From NCBI GenBank assembly GCA_039096225.1, contig JBBPEB010000033.1, positions 868,001 through 932,000 on the forward strand: a DNA stretch of 64,000 nucleotides, given 5' to 3'. A model generated the notes under the pieces. It was not told the DNA's origin. It searched no databases and worked only from the letters and a program-made list of their open reading frames with translations. The translations under genes were made by a program, and so were the position numbers. Numbering within the stretch: the first letter of the stretch is position 1; each line of letters opens with the position of its first letter. Below, piece by piece: positions 41,479 to 53,879 of this stretch. This DNA comes from Blastocystis sp. Blastoise. Its lineage: Eukaryota > Protista > Bigyra: Opalinata.

Positions 41479-42161
41479 TAGAGCGGTTCAAAAGTTGCGA
41501 CAAAAGTTGCGACAAGTTGCGACAAAAGTTGCGAAAAAGTTGCGACAAGTTGTGACAGTTGCGACACTTTTTATAGGCTATTTATAAGCCATATATTTAT
41601 TATATAATAAATTTATATATATAATTATAAAGAGATTTTTATGATGATTACATAAATAATTTTTAAATAAATTTAGAATTAGTTTAATACCCAAAATAAG
41701 CATTTTAAACACTAAATTTTGAAATTTTTGAAATTCATAAGAAAAATTCATTAGATGAATATACTTATTTTTATCATTTTTGTATTCTTTTAACGATTTT
41801 TAAAATATTATATTATTTTTATATTATCAAAATAATGTTATTAAATATAAAAAGTGAAAAATTGAATGTAATAAAAGCTTCATTGAAGATAAAATGAACT
41901 CATTAAGCATATAATATTTAAAAAATTGATTCATTTCTATCGTATGAGTCTTTAATAAGATATTGAATACATATATATTCAAATTATTGAATTTCTTCAA
42001 CATTCTGTTTTCAACAGTCTTCAATTAACATGATATAATGAATCATTATGATTTAAATATGTATGTATATGATAAATAAGAGCTAAATATAATGATATCA
42101 TTTTTAATTAGATGATAAAATGAGTTGATAAAAAATAAATCATTTCAAAATGATCTAAAAT
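41479..42161 (+). mobile_element. hAT-type terminus copy 3 (truncated)
   Basis: TAGAGCGGTTCAAAAGTTGCGAC plus about six GTTG[C/T]GA[C/A] repeats; followed directly by the TIR at 42162. Confidence 0.8.
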
Positions 42162-44953
42162 TAGAGCGGCTCAAAAGTTGCGGCAAATCGAGTTGCGACA
42201 AATTTCACAACTTGTCGCAACTTGTCGCAATTTGTGGCAACTTTTTTAACCACGAATAATGGCGAGAGTACCGCGATTATTTTATTAATTTGGCAATTAA
42301 AAAAGACTTGTTTAAAAAAAGAATTCAGTGTCGCAATTTGTCACAACTTTGTCACAACTTTTCATTTAAACATATATAGACCTATTTTACATTTATATAA
42401 AATATGATAATTTATGAAATTCATGGTGGTGAATATAATAAACATCAAGAATTATTTAAATACTTAATTCAAACAAAGAAAAACATTAAAAATACTTTTC
42501 AAAAAATCATGAATATTTTTTTTACAGTCAAAAAAATGAAATATTCACGGGACATTATTAATTTTCAGTCATTTTAAAATGTATAAATAATTGAAAGAAA
42601 TCATCTCATTTTCATTAATTTATATTTCTATATAAATCGTTCTTTCAATATAGATTCATTCATCTATTCATAAAGTCTTCTTTAATACTCATTTCTATCA
42701 ATAAAATATCATTCTAAGAATCAAAAGAAGTATATATATGTATTCATCATTCTTAATTATCTTTAGATATGGTTAAAAAAACAATGAAACAATCTAATAA
42801 TCATAAAGTGAAAAGAAAAGAAAAGAAGAAGTCTTCATCTACTAAGAAAAGTGAGAATGTTAGAACGAGAATCTACAAAATGAATCCAATAAGTCGTTTA
42901 ACAAAAATAAAATTATCATCCAGTATGAATGAAGAAGAAAAGAAATGTTTCATATCAAAGAATAATAATCTTCGTTGTATCTATTGTAATTGTATTGTAG
43001 ATCATAAAAGATTATCTTCTATTAATAAACATCTCAATACTGATATGCATATCTCTAATATGAATTCATTCATGAAAGAAAAGTCTGCTACTGTATCTTC
43101 TGTAAAGAAAACTAATATTAAAAATAGAATTATTGAATCTAATGTGAATTATATAAGATTTGAAAAATTAATAGAATTATTCTTGGAAGAATGTATTCCT
43201 ATTAATAAATTCAAGAAACCTCAATTTAGAATGAAATTGAAAAATATATTTGAAATGAATAATAATAATATACCTTGTTATAATACTATTCAAAAACGAA
43301 TTATTCCTAAATTATATGATGAACGTCTTCAATATGTAAAAATGAATTTAGATAAATGTCCTCTAGCTGTTCTATGTGATTCTTCTACTTCAGATGCTGG
43401 TTCTAATTATTTATCAATAATCGTAAGAAGATTGAATTCTTTCAATTTGAATGAACCTTTCTACTTAATAAACTTGAAAAGAATGGAAAATCAAAAATCG
43501 AATAATTATCTTTCTATCATTCAAGATACATTAGAAGAATGGAATATTAGAAGAAAACAGTTTAATCGTTTCATACAGATAACTGTAATACTATGCGAAA
43601 TGCTGGTAATAATTATGAATCGATTTTTAGTGATGGAATTTATTGTGGATGTTTTATGCATATGATTAATTTAGTAGCTGAGAAACTAAAAGATGGTTTT
43701 ATTAATACTAAATCATTTATTAATCTCATTAATTCATCATTTCGTTTCTTTAGAAAGAAAAATGATTTATGGTTATCCTTTCTTAATATAAATAATCTTC
43801 CTTCGTCTTCTTTCTTTTCTTATTTAAAGAAACACGATGGATATCTTGGTATAAATCATTAAGATATATTTTGAAACATTTTAAATATTTGAAATCATTC
43901 TATGAATATTTAGAAACATTGGATATGTTAAGTGATAAAGATAAAGAAATATTGAATATTCTTCAAGATAATCAATTATCTTCTTCTTTACAAATCGAAA
44001 TGTCGATTCTTTTGAAGAGTGGAATAATGTTTGAAGAAATATTAAAATTATTATCCAATGATAATTTTCAATGTTGTAATGTTTCTAGTTTGATAGATGA
44101 AATTGAAGAAGAATTGAAGAATTCAAAAGATAATATAATTATGATAGTGAATGAAATATGTGAAGAAAATAATTTATCAAATGTTCAATCTTCATTTATT
44201 CAAGAATATAAGAAAAGTATATTTATTATTTATTATTCATTTATTATTATTATATTATATAGGTTTTACGAATACATTATTAAAATTGAAAGAAATCAAA
44301 TTCATGAATAAGAAACAAATGATATTTTATAATGAAGTAAAATATTTCAATCCTTTCTTGATGTCTTCTTCATTTCCTTCTTTCACTTTATCTGATTTTT
44401 AAATATTGAAAAGAAAGATTATTTATTATGTGTTTCAAAAATGAAAGATTTTATTGATAATGAGAAGAAATAAAATGAATGTTTTCCTCAAAATATGATA
44501 AGTAAAGAACAAATGATAAAATTCTATTTTCCTATTCTTAAACAAATTCCTTCTATTTCTAAAGTAATTCCTTTCATTCTTCAATTACCTTCTACTACTG
44601 TTAGTGTAGAATGATATTTCTCTTTTATGAATATTTTATTTACAAAGAATAAATTTTGTTATTCTGATGATAATTTGTTAAGAGATTTATTTTTTTATAT
44701 GAATCCACAAACAGATACTATTTCAATTCAAAATGATTCAATGATTATTGAAGATGAAATAGATACTACAATTAATGATTCTTCAATAACAATTATAGAT
44801 GATAATGAATCAATAACAAATGAACCTGAAAATGAAGAAAAAAATACAAATTTCAATTCAAATAGTGTTTTTTTTGATTCTCTTGATGATATTTTATCAT
44901 TACTTTTGATACTTTTTCTTTTTTCAGTGACATTAAAAATTCATCATATGTGA
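42162..44953 (+). mobile_element. hAT DNA transposon: 5' terminus plus transposase pseudogene; 3' TIR not found
   Basis: TIR TAGAGCGGCTCAAAAGTTGCG with subterminal repeats in both orientations (42175-42361), upstream of the transposase. Confidence 0.8.
42769..44953 (+). pseudogene. hAT transposase pseudogene with a CGGBP1-like N-terminal zinc finger
   Basis: CIYC...KHLNTDMH finger; LAVLCDSSTSD; DNCNTM...CFMHMINL; TRWISWY; FNP; LPSTTVSVE*YFS dimerisation motif. Frameshifts near 43575, 43825 and 44400; in-frame stops at 44471 and 44612. Confidence 0.85.
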
Positions 44954-45354
44954 TTTATTTGTTAATATGATTGATTAATATATTTTTTAATATGATGATT
45001 TTAAAAAAATTATTTGGAACAATTGTGAAAACTTTATCGGATGTTATCATTGCTTTTACGCAATTCTCGTTATTAAATTTTTTATGATTAATGCAAATGC
45101 ACTTTTGTGTTAACGAACCAAAAATACAAACTGTTACCAATATATTCATCACCTATCTGTGATATTTAATTACGATAAAGTAAACAAATTTCTTACTTGA
45201 AAATTTTTGATTATAATAAAAAGAACAATAACAATGAAAGAAATTTGTTAATTATAACAATATCATAATGTAAAGGAATGTAAACGTATTTGAAGAAACA
45301 AAATAATATATTCTAGTTATAACATATGATGAAACTAAATTGAAAATAAAAATA

Positions 45355-45427
45355 TTCCCATGCCGGGACTCGAACCCGGGTCGGCGAGGTGAAAACCCGC
45401 TATCCTAACCGGCTAGACTACATGGGA
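45355..45427 (-). tRNA. tRNA-Glu (anticodon TTC)
   Basis: Minus strand TCCCATGTAGTCTAGCCGGTTAGGATAGCGGGTTTTCACCTCGCCGACCCGGGTTCGAGTCCCGGCATGGGAA: paired acceptor stem, GTTCGA T-loop, anticodon loop TTTTCAC. Confidence 0.96.
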
Positions 45428-45695
45428 TCGATATTTTCTTATTCACAATTAGATACACAAAACACTAATAACTGTTTTTTCAAATGATTAATTTATTTGA
45501 AGGCATATAACATTCTTTTTTTTAATTTTATTCTTTTTACAAATAGTATAATGAGAATGAAGAAATGATAATTATTAAGCATGATAAATAGTAGGTATTC
45601 AAATATAAAAGAAAACAACAAACAAAACAAAATATAATTTTAGTATACTATAGATTATATATACAGTGAGCCATATTTACCTTTTAGTAGTTAAA

Positions 45696-48068
45696 TTACA
45701 TGGCAATAATAGAATAATAGCCACCATATACATTGACGATGATATCGTCGTTGTTATTAATGAGAGTAGTGTTGGTTTTATGTTCAAATGACGATAAGGA
45801 TTGTTTGGATAACGAGTTGAGATTCAAGGATACATTATTGATCATAAGACGAGTATATTGAGTATGTTTCTTAGATATATAGATACTACCAACCGAGTTT
45901 TGAAGTGAATTAATGGTAATGGCATAAGAAGAGTGATCAATAGGGTTATGTATAGTAATATTCATATTTCCTTTGATAGTAGGGACAATAGCATGTAGAT
46001 CTTTCAGATGACCAAAGAGAGGTTTGATTTCATATCCTTGATAAGCTACTTTAGTAGGACGTACACCTACAGTATACATAGTAAGAAGAGATAAAGGACC
46101 ACCTGACCAAGCATGATTCTTAGTTCCACCATTAATATCCCATAATTCCCAAAGTGTACTATAGTCATAGTCGACCATTTCTTGATATCTTTCTTTCATA
46201 CGAGAAAGAGCAGTTTCTGCATCTTCCATAAGATATAATGCTTCTAAAACATATTTCTCCATATAAGGACTAGAATGTTTATGTTCTTGAAGGACTTTAA
46301 TAATAGCTGGATAATGTTCTGAATTGACAAGTCCAGCAACAACAGCGAGTGCATTTCCACGATCATCAATATCTCCAGTATAGTCAGGAGAGACATATAC
46401 TTGTTTATCTTGATTCCAGAAGTAGGTATCGAATTGTTTACGTATAGCATCACTTCGTTCTTGGAAGAGAGTAACATCATTCTTCTTACCAATAACAACA
46501 GCGATCTTCTCCATAATAGTGAGAGTATAATAATACCATATAGTTTGAGAAAGATATCCATCAATATTATCTCCCCAATCAATCCAATCCCAAGAACCTG
46601 GTCTATAATTAGGTAAACCGGATTCTTTCATAGAGAAAGAAGTAAGTACATAATTCTTTGAGTGTTCATAGGTATGAGAGAGAACTGCTTTATCTCCACT
46701 ATAGAAATAGTATGTATAAGTACCAATAATTCCAGAGAGAGATTGAACAGGGAGTTCAAACCAGCTACTAGAAGGAGCTATAGTAGGAATGACACCATTA
46801 GTATCTATCCATTCTTCAACAGTAATAATACCTTTACGTACAGCATCATAAATACTATTATCAAATGTATAATAGGACATAATAGCTTCATTGACTTGAT
46901 CTCCAGTCCAATAAGTACGTTCACGATCAGGACAATCCATATAATTATCACGAATTGTAACATAAAGAGTATTACGACATTTCATCCAGAGTTTATTGAA
47001 GAAGGAATCATCACATTCGAAGGTTCCTACAAATTCACTATTGTAACCACTTTCTCTCCAACCAAGAGAAATCACTTTTACATCAACAGGAATAATGTAA
47101 TTGATATATTCACCATTTAACCATCCTAAGGATTCATATTCTTGTTCACCATCTTTAGTAATATATTTAGCAGAATGACCCATTTCATTACCGATTCTTT
47201 TGTTATCAGGATCAATAAAGATGATTAGATTAGCTGAAGAAACTATATGAAGATAAGGAGTATATTGTACATTAACAGGTAGATGAATAGAATAATGAAT
47301 ATAATCAGTATTGACTTGATAACCATAATTTTGAATAATTGTGTCTTTAGGAATGGTTTCATGAATAGTAATATCATCACCAGTTTTTAATATTAAATCA
47401 CTTATCTTCCATTGAGGCATAGGACGTTTCCAAAGAGTATTAAAAGGTTTACAAGGATATTGACAAAGAATCTTAGCTTGATTCCAATTAGAATCATCAA
47501 AATTGATTTTATTCCAATCAGGAACATCAGCAGTAGCATTAAAAACAACATTCCCTTCAGAAAGTCTCCAGTTAATTTGTTCAATATCATTTTGATAAGC
47601 AACAAAAGGTAATGCTTTCCATGAATCATCACTTATAAGAATATTATCATTTAATGCAAATAAGAATCCAGCACTTCCACTTCCAACATGTGAAAAACCA
47701 TCTTTTCCAAAATACCAAACAAGAACAGAAATAGTATTTTTATTTATTTGAATAAAGGGAGTAACATCAATAGAATCAAAAAATGTATCTTCATGATTTG
47801 GACCTCTTTTTAGTTGACCTTCAAATACAACAAGTTTATCATTGATCCATAACCAATACTTTGAATCAACAGCAATGCTGATAGTATAGTTGGATTCAAG
47901 TTTATCGATATTGATTACATTTCTGAAAGCTACCCATTGATTGGCAGAAGTAGTATCATTAGCCCAAATCCAATTAGTTTTTGATGTTTCAGGGAATCGA
48001 GTATATACATCATCTAGACTTGATGCATATATGGACACAAGGAAAAAGCAAAGTAAAAGAACACGCAT
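45696..48068 (-). CDS. Secreted alpha-L-rhamnosidase (GH78), intronless, bacterial-like
   Basis: 790 aa single ORF with signal peptide; IAVDSKYWLWIN, DNYMDCPDRERTYWTGD, WDWIDWG and STLWELW...TKNHAWSGGP. Confidence 0.9.
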   Translation of the reverse strand: MRVLLLCFFLVSIYASSLDDVYTRFPETSKTNWIWANDTTSANQWVAFRNVINIDKLESNYTISIAVDSKYWLWINDKLVVFEGQLKRGPNHEDTFFDSIDVTPFIQINKNTISVLVWYFGKDGFSHVGSGSAGFLFALNDNILISDDSWKALPFVAYQNDIEQINWRLSEGNVVFNATADVPDWNKINFDDSNWNQAKILCQYPCKPFNTLWKRPMPQWKISDLILKTGDDITIHETIPKDTIIQNYGYQVNTDYIHYSIHLPVNVQYTPYLHIVSSANLIIFIDPDNKRIGNEMGHSAKYITKDGEQEYESLGWLNGEYINYIIPVDVKVISLGWRESGYNSEFVGTFECDDSFFNKLWMKCRNTLYVTIRDNYMDCPDRERTYWTGDQVNEAIMSYYTFDNSIYDAVRKGIITVEEWIDTNGVIPTIAPSSSWFELPVQSLSGIIGTYTYYFYSGDKAVLSHTYEHSKNYVLTSFSMKESGLPNYRPGSWDWIDWGDNIDGYLSQTIWYYYTLTIMEKIAVVIGKKNDVTLFQERSDAIRKQFDTYFWNQDKQVYVSPDYTGDIDDRGNALAVVAGLVNSEHYPAIIKVLQEHKHSSPYMEKYVLEALYLMEDAETALSRMKERYQEMVDYDYSTLWELWDINGGTKNHAWSGGPLSLLTMYTVGVRPTKVAYQGYEIKPLFGHLKDLHAIVPTIKGNMNITIHNPIDHSSYAITINSLQNSVGSIYISKKHTQYTRLMINNVSLNLNSLSKQSLSSFEHKTNTTLINNNDDIIVNVYGGYYSIIAM

Positions 48069-48723
48069 TTACTATGTTTAACAATAAAAAAAATATATGA
48101 ATTTGATTGACATGTAATACAGTTTTAATTATCAAAATGTAGAGTGATTGAAAATTTATTTGAAAATAATAAAATTTAAAACAGAAAATCCTAATCACTA
48201 GACAGAAAAACGCAATCAAAGTATTAAATTATTGGTTATTCATGTTGTTGTTGAGATTTATTGAATAACGTATGTATGTCAGTTGATATACAATGGTTAT
48301 TTCCTTTAGTAAGTTAGAATGATGTCTATTAATATGGATGATTAAAGATAGGATCAATAAGAATAGTATGAATTTGAAAAGTTTCTGACACGAGAAAGTG
48401 ATGATGGAAATAATAATTCCAGAGTGATGTTGTTTTACAGTAGTCTTATCATTTTTAGAAATTCTAACTAAATATCATATTTATAAAATCATTGCAATAA
48501 AAGCATATTATGACTTGGAATCGTTGAATAACAAGTGAAAAAAAAGAATTGTATCATGTTGGATCATCCAATGGTTAGTCATCGTCATTTTTTGTTCAAC
48601 GAATCATTTGTGCCGAACCCTTGAAGACACATCTCTTTTGATTCCAAAGGGTTCTACTCTTTCTATGTTTGTTGAGAAACGAAAGAAAAGATATTTCTCT
48701 TTATTTTATATTCATATTATCTT

Positions 48724-50194
48724 ATGAATTCCATTGTTTTCCGTACTCTTGCAAGACAAACAAGAGTTTCTCAAAGTTTCTTCCGTATGATGTCTTCATT
48801 TACTCCTGCTGATGGTAAGTTAAATTTTTCATTTTTTTGTTGATGGTTCTTTTTCTTTATTTAATATATTTATTTTAATTATAAAATCAATAATAATAAA
48901 TTTCTGATACTATATTATTATTATATAGGTGTTGTTACTCCTGATTGGCTTGAACAACATTTAGGAAAAGTAAAGGTTCTTGATGCTAACCTTTATCTTG
49001 ATCCTACAAAGAGTGCTGAAAAGGAATTTAGTGAAAAACGTATTCCTACTGCTCAATATTTCAATATTGATAAGATTGCTGATACTTCTGTACCGCTTCC
49101 TCATATGTTATCTACTCCTGAATTCTTTAAAGACTGTGTTGAAAAACTTGGTATTAGTTCTACTGATGAAGTTGTCATTTATGATACTCAAGGTTTATTC
49201 AGTGCTACTCGTGCTTTATGGATGTTTAGAGTTTTTAATCCTAATGTAAAAACTTATATTTTAGAAGGTACATTAACATATATTTTTCTATAATTCTTCT
49301 ATTTATTTGTTTTTCTTATGTATATATATATAGGTGGTATGCCTCGTTGGTTAGCTGAAGGTCATAAATTGGAAACGGGTCCTGCTGTTGTTCCTACTCG
49401 TGGTCAATTTGACTTAGAATATCATAAGGAATTAGTTCGTAATATGGATGATGTCTTAGATCTTGTCAAACAATATCAAGTATATATATATATATATATA
49501 TTTATTGTTTGATATTCTTGAATATTATATATATTTATTATTTATATATATAATATAATCATTTAAATAATATTATATATATTTATATATATAATATAAT
49601 CATTTAAATAATATTATATATATATATATATAGAAAGGTAAGATTCCTCATACAATTATTGATGCTCGTCCTAATCCTCGTTTTACGGGAAAAGTTGGTG
49701 AGGCTAGACCCAATCTCTTTAAGGGGCATATGCCTGGATCTGTAAATATTCCATTCACGGAAATTACTGACCCTCAACGTAATTATGTATTTAGATCTAA
49801 AGAAGAATTACAAGATCTTTTTAAGAAACAAAGTATATTTTATTTTTTATTATTATTATTAAATATATACATATTTCTCATTTTTTATTAAATATTGTTT
49901 TGAGTTATATCTTTTCTCTCGATTATATATATATTATTATTTTCTTTCTTCTAGATATTGATTTGAATCAAAAAGAGCCATTGATATTTAGTTGTGGTAG
50001 TGGTACTACTGCTTGCGTTGATGTTTTTGCTGCTTATCTTTGTGGAAGAAGAGATCTTCCTAGGTATATTCTATATTTTAAATTTTAGTTTTATTATCTA
50101 TACTCTAAATAGTTGTGCTGTATATGATGGTGCTTGGGCTCAATATGCTTCAATTCCTTTAAATAATCCTGTGATTGATGATTATAAGAATTAA
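48724..50194 (+). CDS. MPST: 3-mercaptopyruvate sulfurtransferase / rhodanese with mitochondrial-type presequence
   Basis: RIPTAQYFNID, LPHML, SATRALWMF, LEGGMPRW, IIDARPNPRF, GHMPGS, active loop CGSGTTAC and YDGAWAQY. Confidence 0.92.
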
Positions 50195-50414
50195 TTAATT
50201 ATTTTTTAAAATGTTGCAATTAATATATATATATGATAGTTTTTTTTGTTAAGTAATAAAGTTTTCATTTGTAAAACACAACACAACACAACAAAAAATA
50301 TATAGATTATTATGTTATTATAAAATATTATTACATGTATATAAATATAGAATATGAAAATATAGTATAGCTCTATATATATATATAGTTATTATTCGAA
50401 AGTTAAAGAATTAT

Positions 50415-51690
50415 TTAAACATTATCAGTAGCATTAAGAGCATAAGCAGCAGGGTCTAAACGAAGACTCTTCACCTTCTTCCACATGATGAAACTATGTA
50501 TATATTATAGAGTAAGAAGATAAATGAAATGAATAATAATAATAAAAGAATGAATAAAAGAATATGTATCTATGTATATACATTCCAATTTCGACAATAA
50601 CAAGGAAGGCAGAGACAACACAAAGAATAATAGTAGTAGTGTTCATCTTAAGAGGTTCAGCAGGATCACAAGCATAACCCTTGTATCCAGTATTACAATA
50701 ACAATGAGATTTACGAGTATCGGTATCAAATCTACAAACACCGTTACCACCACAAAGTCTATTCTTAGAAACAGAACATTCAAGAGGACAACCGAAGATG
50801 GATTGTAATTGAAGAATATAAACACAGTTGGTTTCTTGGACAGTTTCTTCATCAGGTACATTGAAAGCATCATCGTGACAATATAAGTGGAGTTCAAATT
50901 TACGACCTTCACTACAATATCTACCATCACCATTATAATAAGAATAAACAAGACCATTTGTAGGATCATTATTATCTAAAAGTCTCCATTCAACATCATC
51001 AATACTAGTAGAAGAAAGTCTATAACAAGAATCAGACCATTCAGATACTTGATAAGCAGGAACAACTTCTTGAGGTTGTATATATATAATTAATATAGTT
51101 CTCTAACAAGTAGTATAGTATAGTATAAATAATAATAAAATAAAATAATAATAAAATAATAATAAAATAAAATAAAATAAAAATAAAATAAAATAAAAAT
51201 AATAAAATAAATAAAATAAAATAAAAGCATACGTTCAGTGTTAGTACAAGCAACACCAGTACCACCTAAAGGTTTAGGAACATCTCTGACGGGACCACAA
51301 ACATTGAAAACATAACTAATATGAAAAGGATATAAGATAACAAAGGAAATAAATAAATAAAAAAATATGTGAAGTTTCTAGTAGAAGCAGAACTATCCTT
51401 GACACTCCATTGAGATTATGAGATGTTTTAGAATAGATAAATAAGAAAAAAATATTGAGAATCAGTATGAAGAGGAGAAAGATCAAATTTAGCACTAAGA
51501 GGGAAACGCTCATCAGGATCTTTGAAAGTATGACTACCTATTTGACATATTAAAAATAATTTGATTAAAAAGATGCTTACAAGGATAAGGTATAATAGCA
51601 GAAACCTAAATGGGTTATTAAAAATGATTAAAAAATGAAACTTACTCCAAGAAGAAGTCCAGCAAGTAAAGCGACGTTTAAAAACTTCAT
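50415..51690 (-). CDS. Type I membrane protein with MRH (mannose-6-phosphate receptor homology) domain, EGF-like domain and TM; M6PR/ATG27-like sorting receptor
   Basis: Signal peptide; KFDLSPL...YVFNVCG; GLVYSYNGDGRYC...FELHLYC...CVYILQLQSIFGCP; CGGNGVC...CYCNTGYKGYAC; TM; short tail. Two introns lack GT donors. Confidence 0.75.
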
Positions 51691-52871
51691 TGTCTTAAGT
51701 AAAATATACAAAGAAAATGGATTGTTATAAACAAGATTTCATTTCTTATAAAAAGAAAACATTTTTCTTTTCATTTTAAGATATAAACCAAAAATTAAGC
51801 CAATACTTTTCGTTGTTATTATGGTTTTTATTATATTTGTCAAGAAACGATTTTTATTTCTTATATTTTTCAAGAAACAATCATTTATCACTATACATAA
51901 TTCTAAGTAATCTATCGTGTTTTTTTGGTCGTTTCTCTAATATAATCACGGGTTTCGTAATTTGGTGCTATCTTTTTTTGAATTAGATTTTTTGTAATTA
52001 TTACTCATTTTTCTTTTTCCATATAGTTTATTATTATTGTTTTTATATAGAGCATGACAAAGAGATTGTAAAAAAAAACGAAAAATACTTTGAAACGTTG
52101 TTTTATAATAATGTAAATACCGTGTTCTCGTTTTTCCTCTCGCTTTTAAAAATTTATTTCATAATGAAATAGTTTATCATCTCAAATATATAATAATTAA
52201 TTCCATTTTTTATAAAAATTTTTTTCATTTCTTTATTTTGACTTTGAATGCCACTGAAAGATATGTACATGTGTTTTCAGATGTCTCTAGTGATTAAGAG
52301 ATGTCATATTAAAAAATAAATTATGACAATGATCGTTTTGAATCAATAGTTCATTATTATTTTTAGTAATAAATGCTCTATGAATAGCATATTTTATTCA
52401 GGAGTTGAAAAATTATTTATAATTAAGAAAGAGGCTTGAGCTTTGAAAACTTTAGAAAGTAATTATGAATAACAACAATCTTATACAATACAATATATGA
52501 ACAGATTGACCACAAAAAAAAACAATTAATTTTATAATAAAATGTAACAGAATTATTATTTTTTATAATCCAAATTTATTAAACATGGTTGAATACTTCA
52601 TGAAATATTATTTTTCTCGAAATTATTCTTTTAATATTATATCAGAATTCACCTATAATCATGACTCTTCATGTAATATTAACATAAAATAATAAAAAGA
52701 ATAAAGAATAAAACAGTTACATGATCATAAGATTTAGTTCATCCACTAGAACGATGCCAAGAATTCCCTCTTTTCCATGATTATTCGAAATTCTTTCAAG
52801 AAGTCTTTTTCTTTTACATTTTGTATTCGAAATACGTATATTCTATTAAATCAATAGTTTAAGTGAATAAA

Positions 52872-53824
52872 ATGCCAGATCAATTTCATGTTAATTGTTT
52901 AATTAAATGGGTAAAGTGAATTTTTTGGTAATCTCTATTTTATTAGGTTAATTCTATCCCTACTGTCAATGGTGCTTGCTCAGAATTGAAAGATTTATCT
53001 GATGGAATGATAATCAAAAACATTCTTGAATATGTGTATGTTTTCTATGTTTCTTTTTTTGAGTCTTTTTTTTCTCTCTATGCTTTTGTTATATTGTTTA
53101 ATTATTCTGCAATAATGTTTTAAAAGATTCTTATAATTTAATAATTCTATTTAGTGATCCGTTTTTTGCTAATTTGGATGTAATTGGTTATGGTTTGAGA
53201 AGAGAAGAAACTAGAAAAAGAAATATGACTAGTATTATCTGTGGATTACAGGATTATTACAAACAATTTTTAAAAATGAATATCTCTCTCCCTGATACTG
53301 CTGCTGATATTGCTACTGGTGATCTTGATAAGACAGTCGACCTTTTAGAGTATGTATTGACAGCCGCTGTCCATTCTCCTCATAAACAAGACTTCATTGA
53401 CAATATCCTTCGTCTTGATGAACCCTCTCAGGTATATATATATTATTTTATTATATATATTATTTTATTAAATATATTGTTTTATTATATATATTATTTT
53501 ATTAAATATATATTATTTTATTAAATATATTATTTTAAATATATATTATTTTATTATTTATATTATTTTATTATTTATATTATTTTATTATTTATATTAT
53601 TTTATTAAATATATTATATATTATACAATAAATATAGGTAGAATTAATGGCCGTAATAAACTTAGTTGATAAGAGAGCAACAACAGGAGAAACATCAGAA
53701 TCTGAAAAGAAAATAATTGAAATAGATAATATGTATAAGCAGCAGTTGGACACAATGACTAATGAGTATAAGGTGTTAGAAGATACTCTAAATAAAACCA
53801 AACTAGAAAACACTGCTTATAAAG

Positions 53825-53879
<55 letters not shown>

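Noticed and set aside
37867-41570. AAGTTGCGAC arrays as a CRISPR array or telomeric repeat
   Set aside because: No unique spacers or cas genes; units vary from 9 to 12 nt and always follow a TAGAGCG TIR, so they are transposon subterminal repeats.
44400-44614. In-frame stops in the hAT ORF as evidence of stop-codon reassignment
   Set aside because: They co-occur with frameshifts, and host genes end normally at TAA/TAG, so this is pseudogene decay.
44990-45150. Possible decayed 3' TIR of the hAT
   Set aside because: Similarity to the inverse terminus is too weak to call by eye.
46244-47632. Overlapping and antisense ORFs within the rhamnosidase (similarly 18269-18802 and 54141-55157)
   Set aside because: Shadow frames of real coding sequence with no independent motifs.
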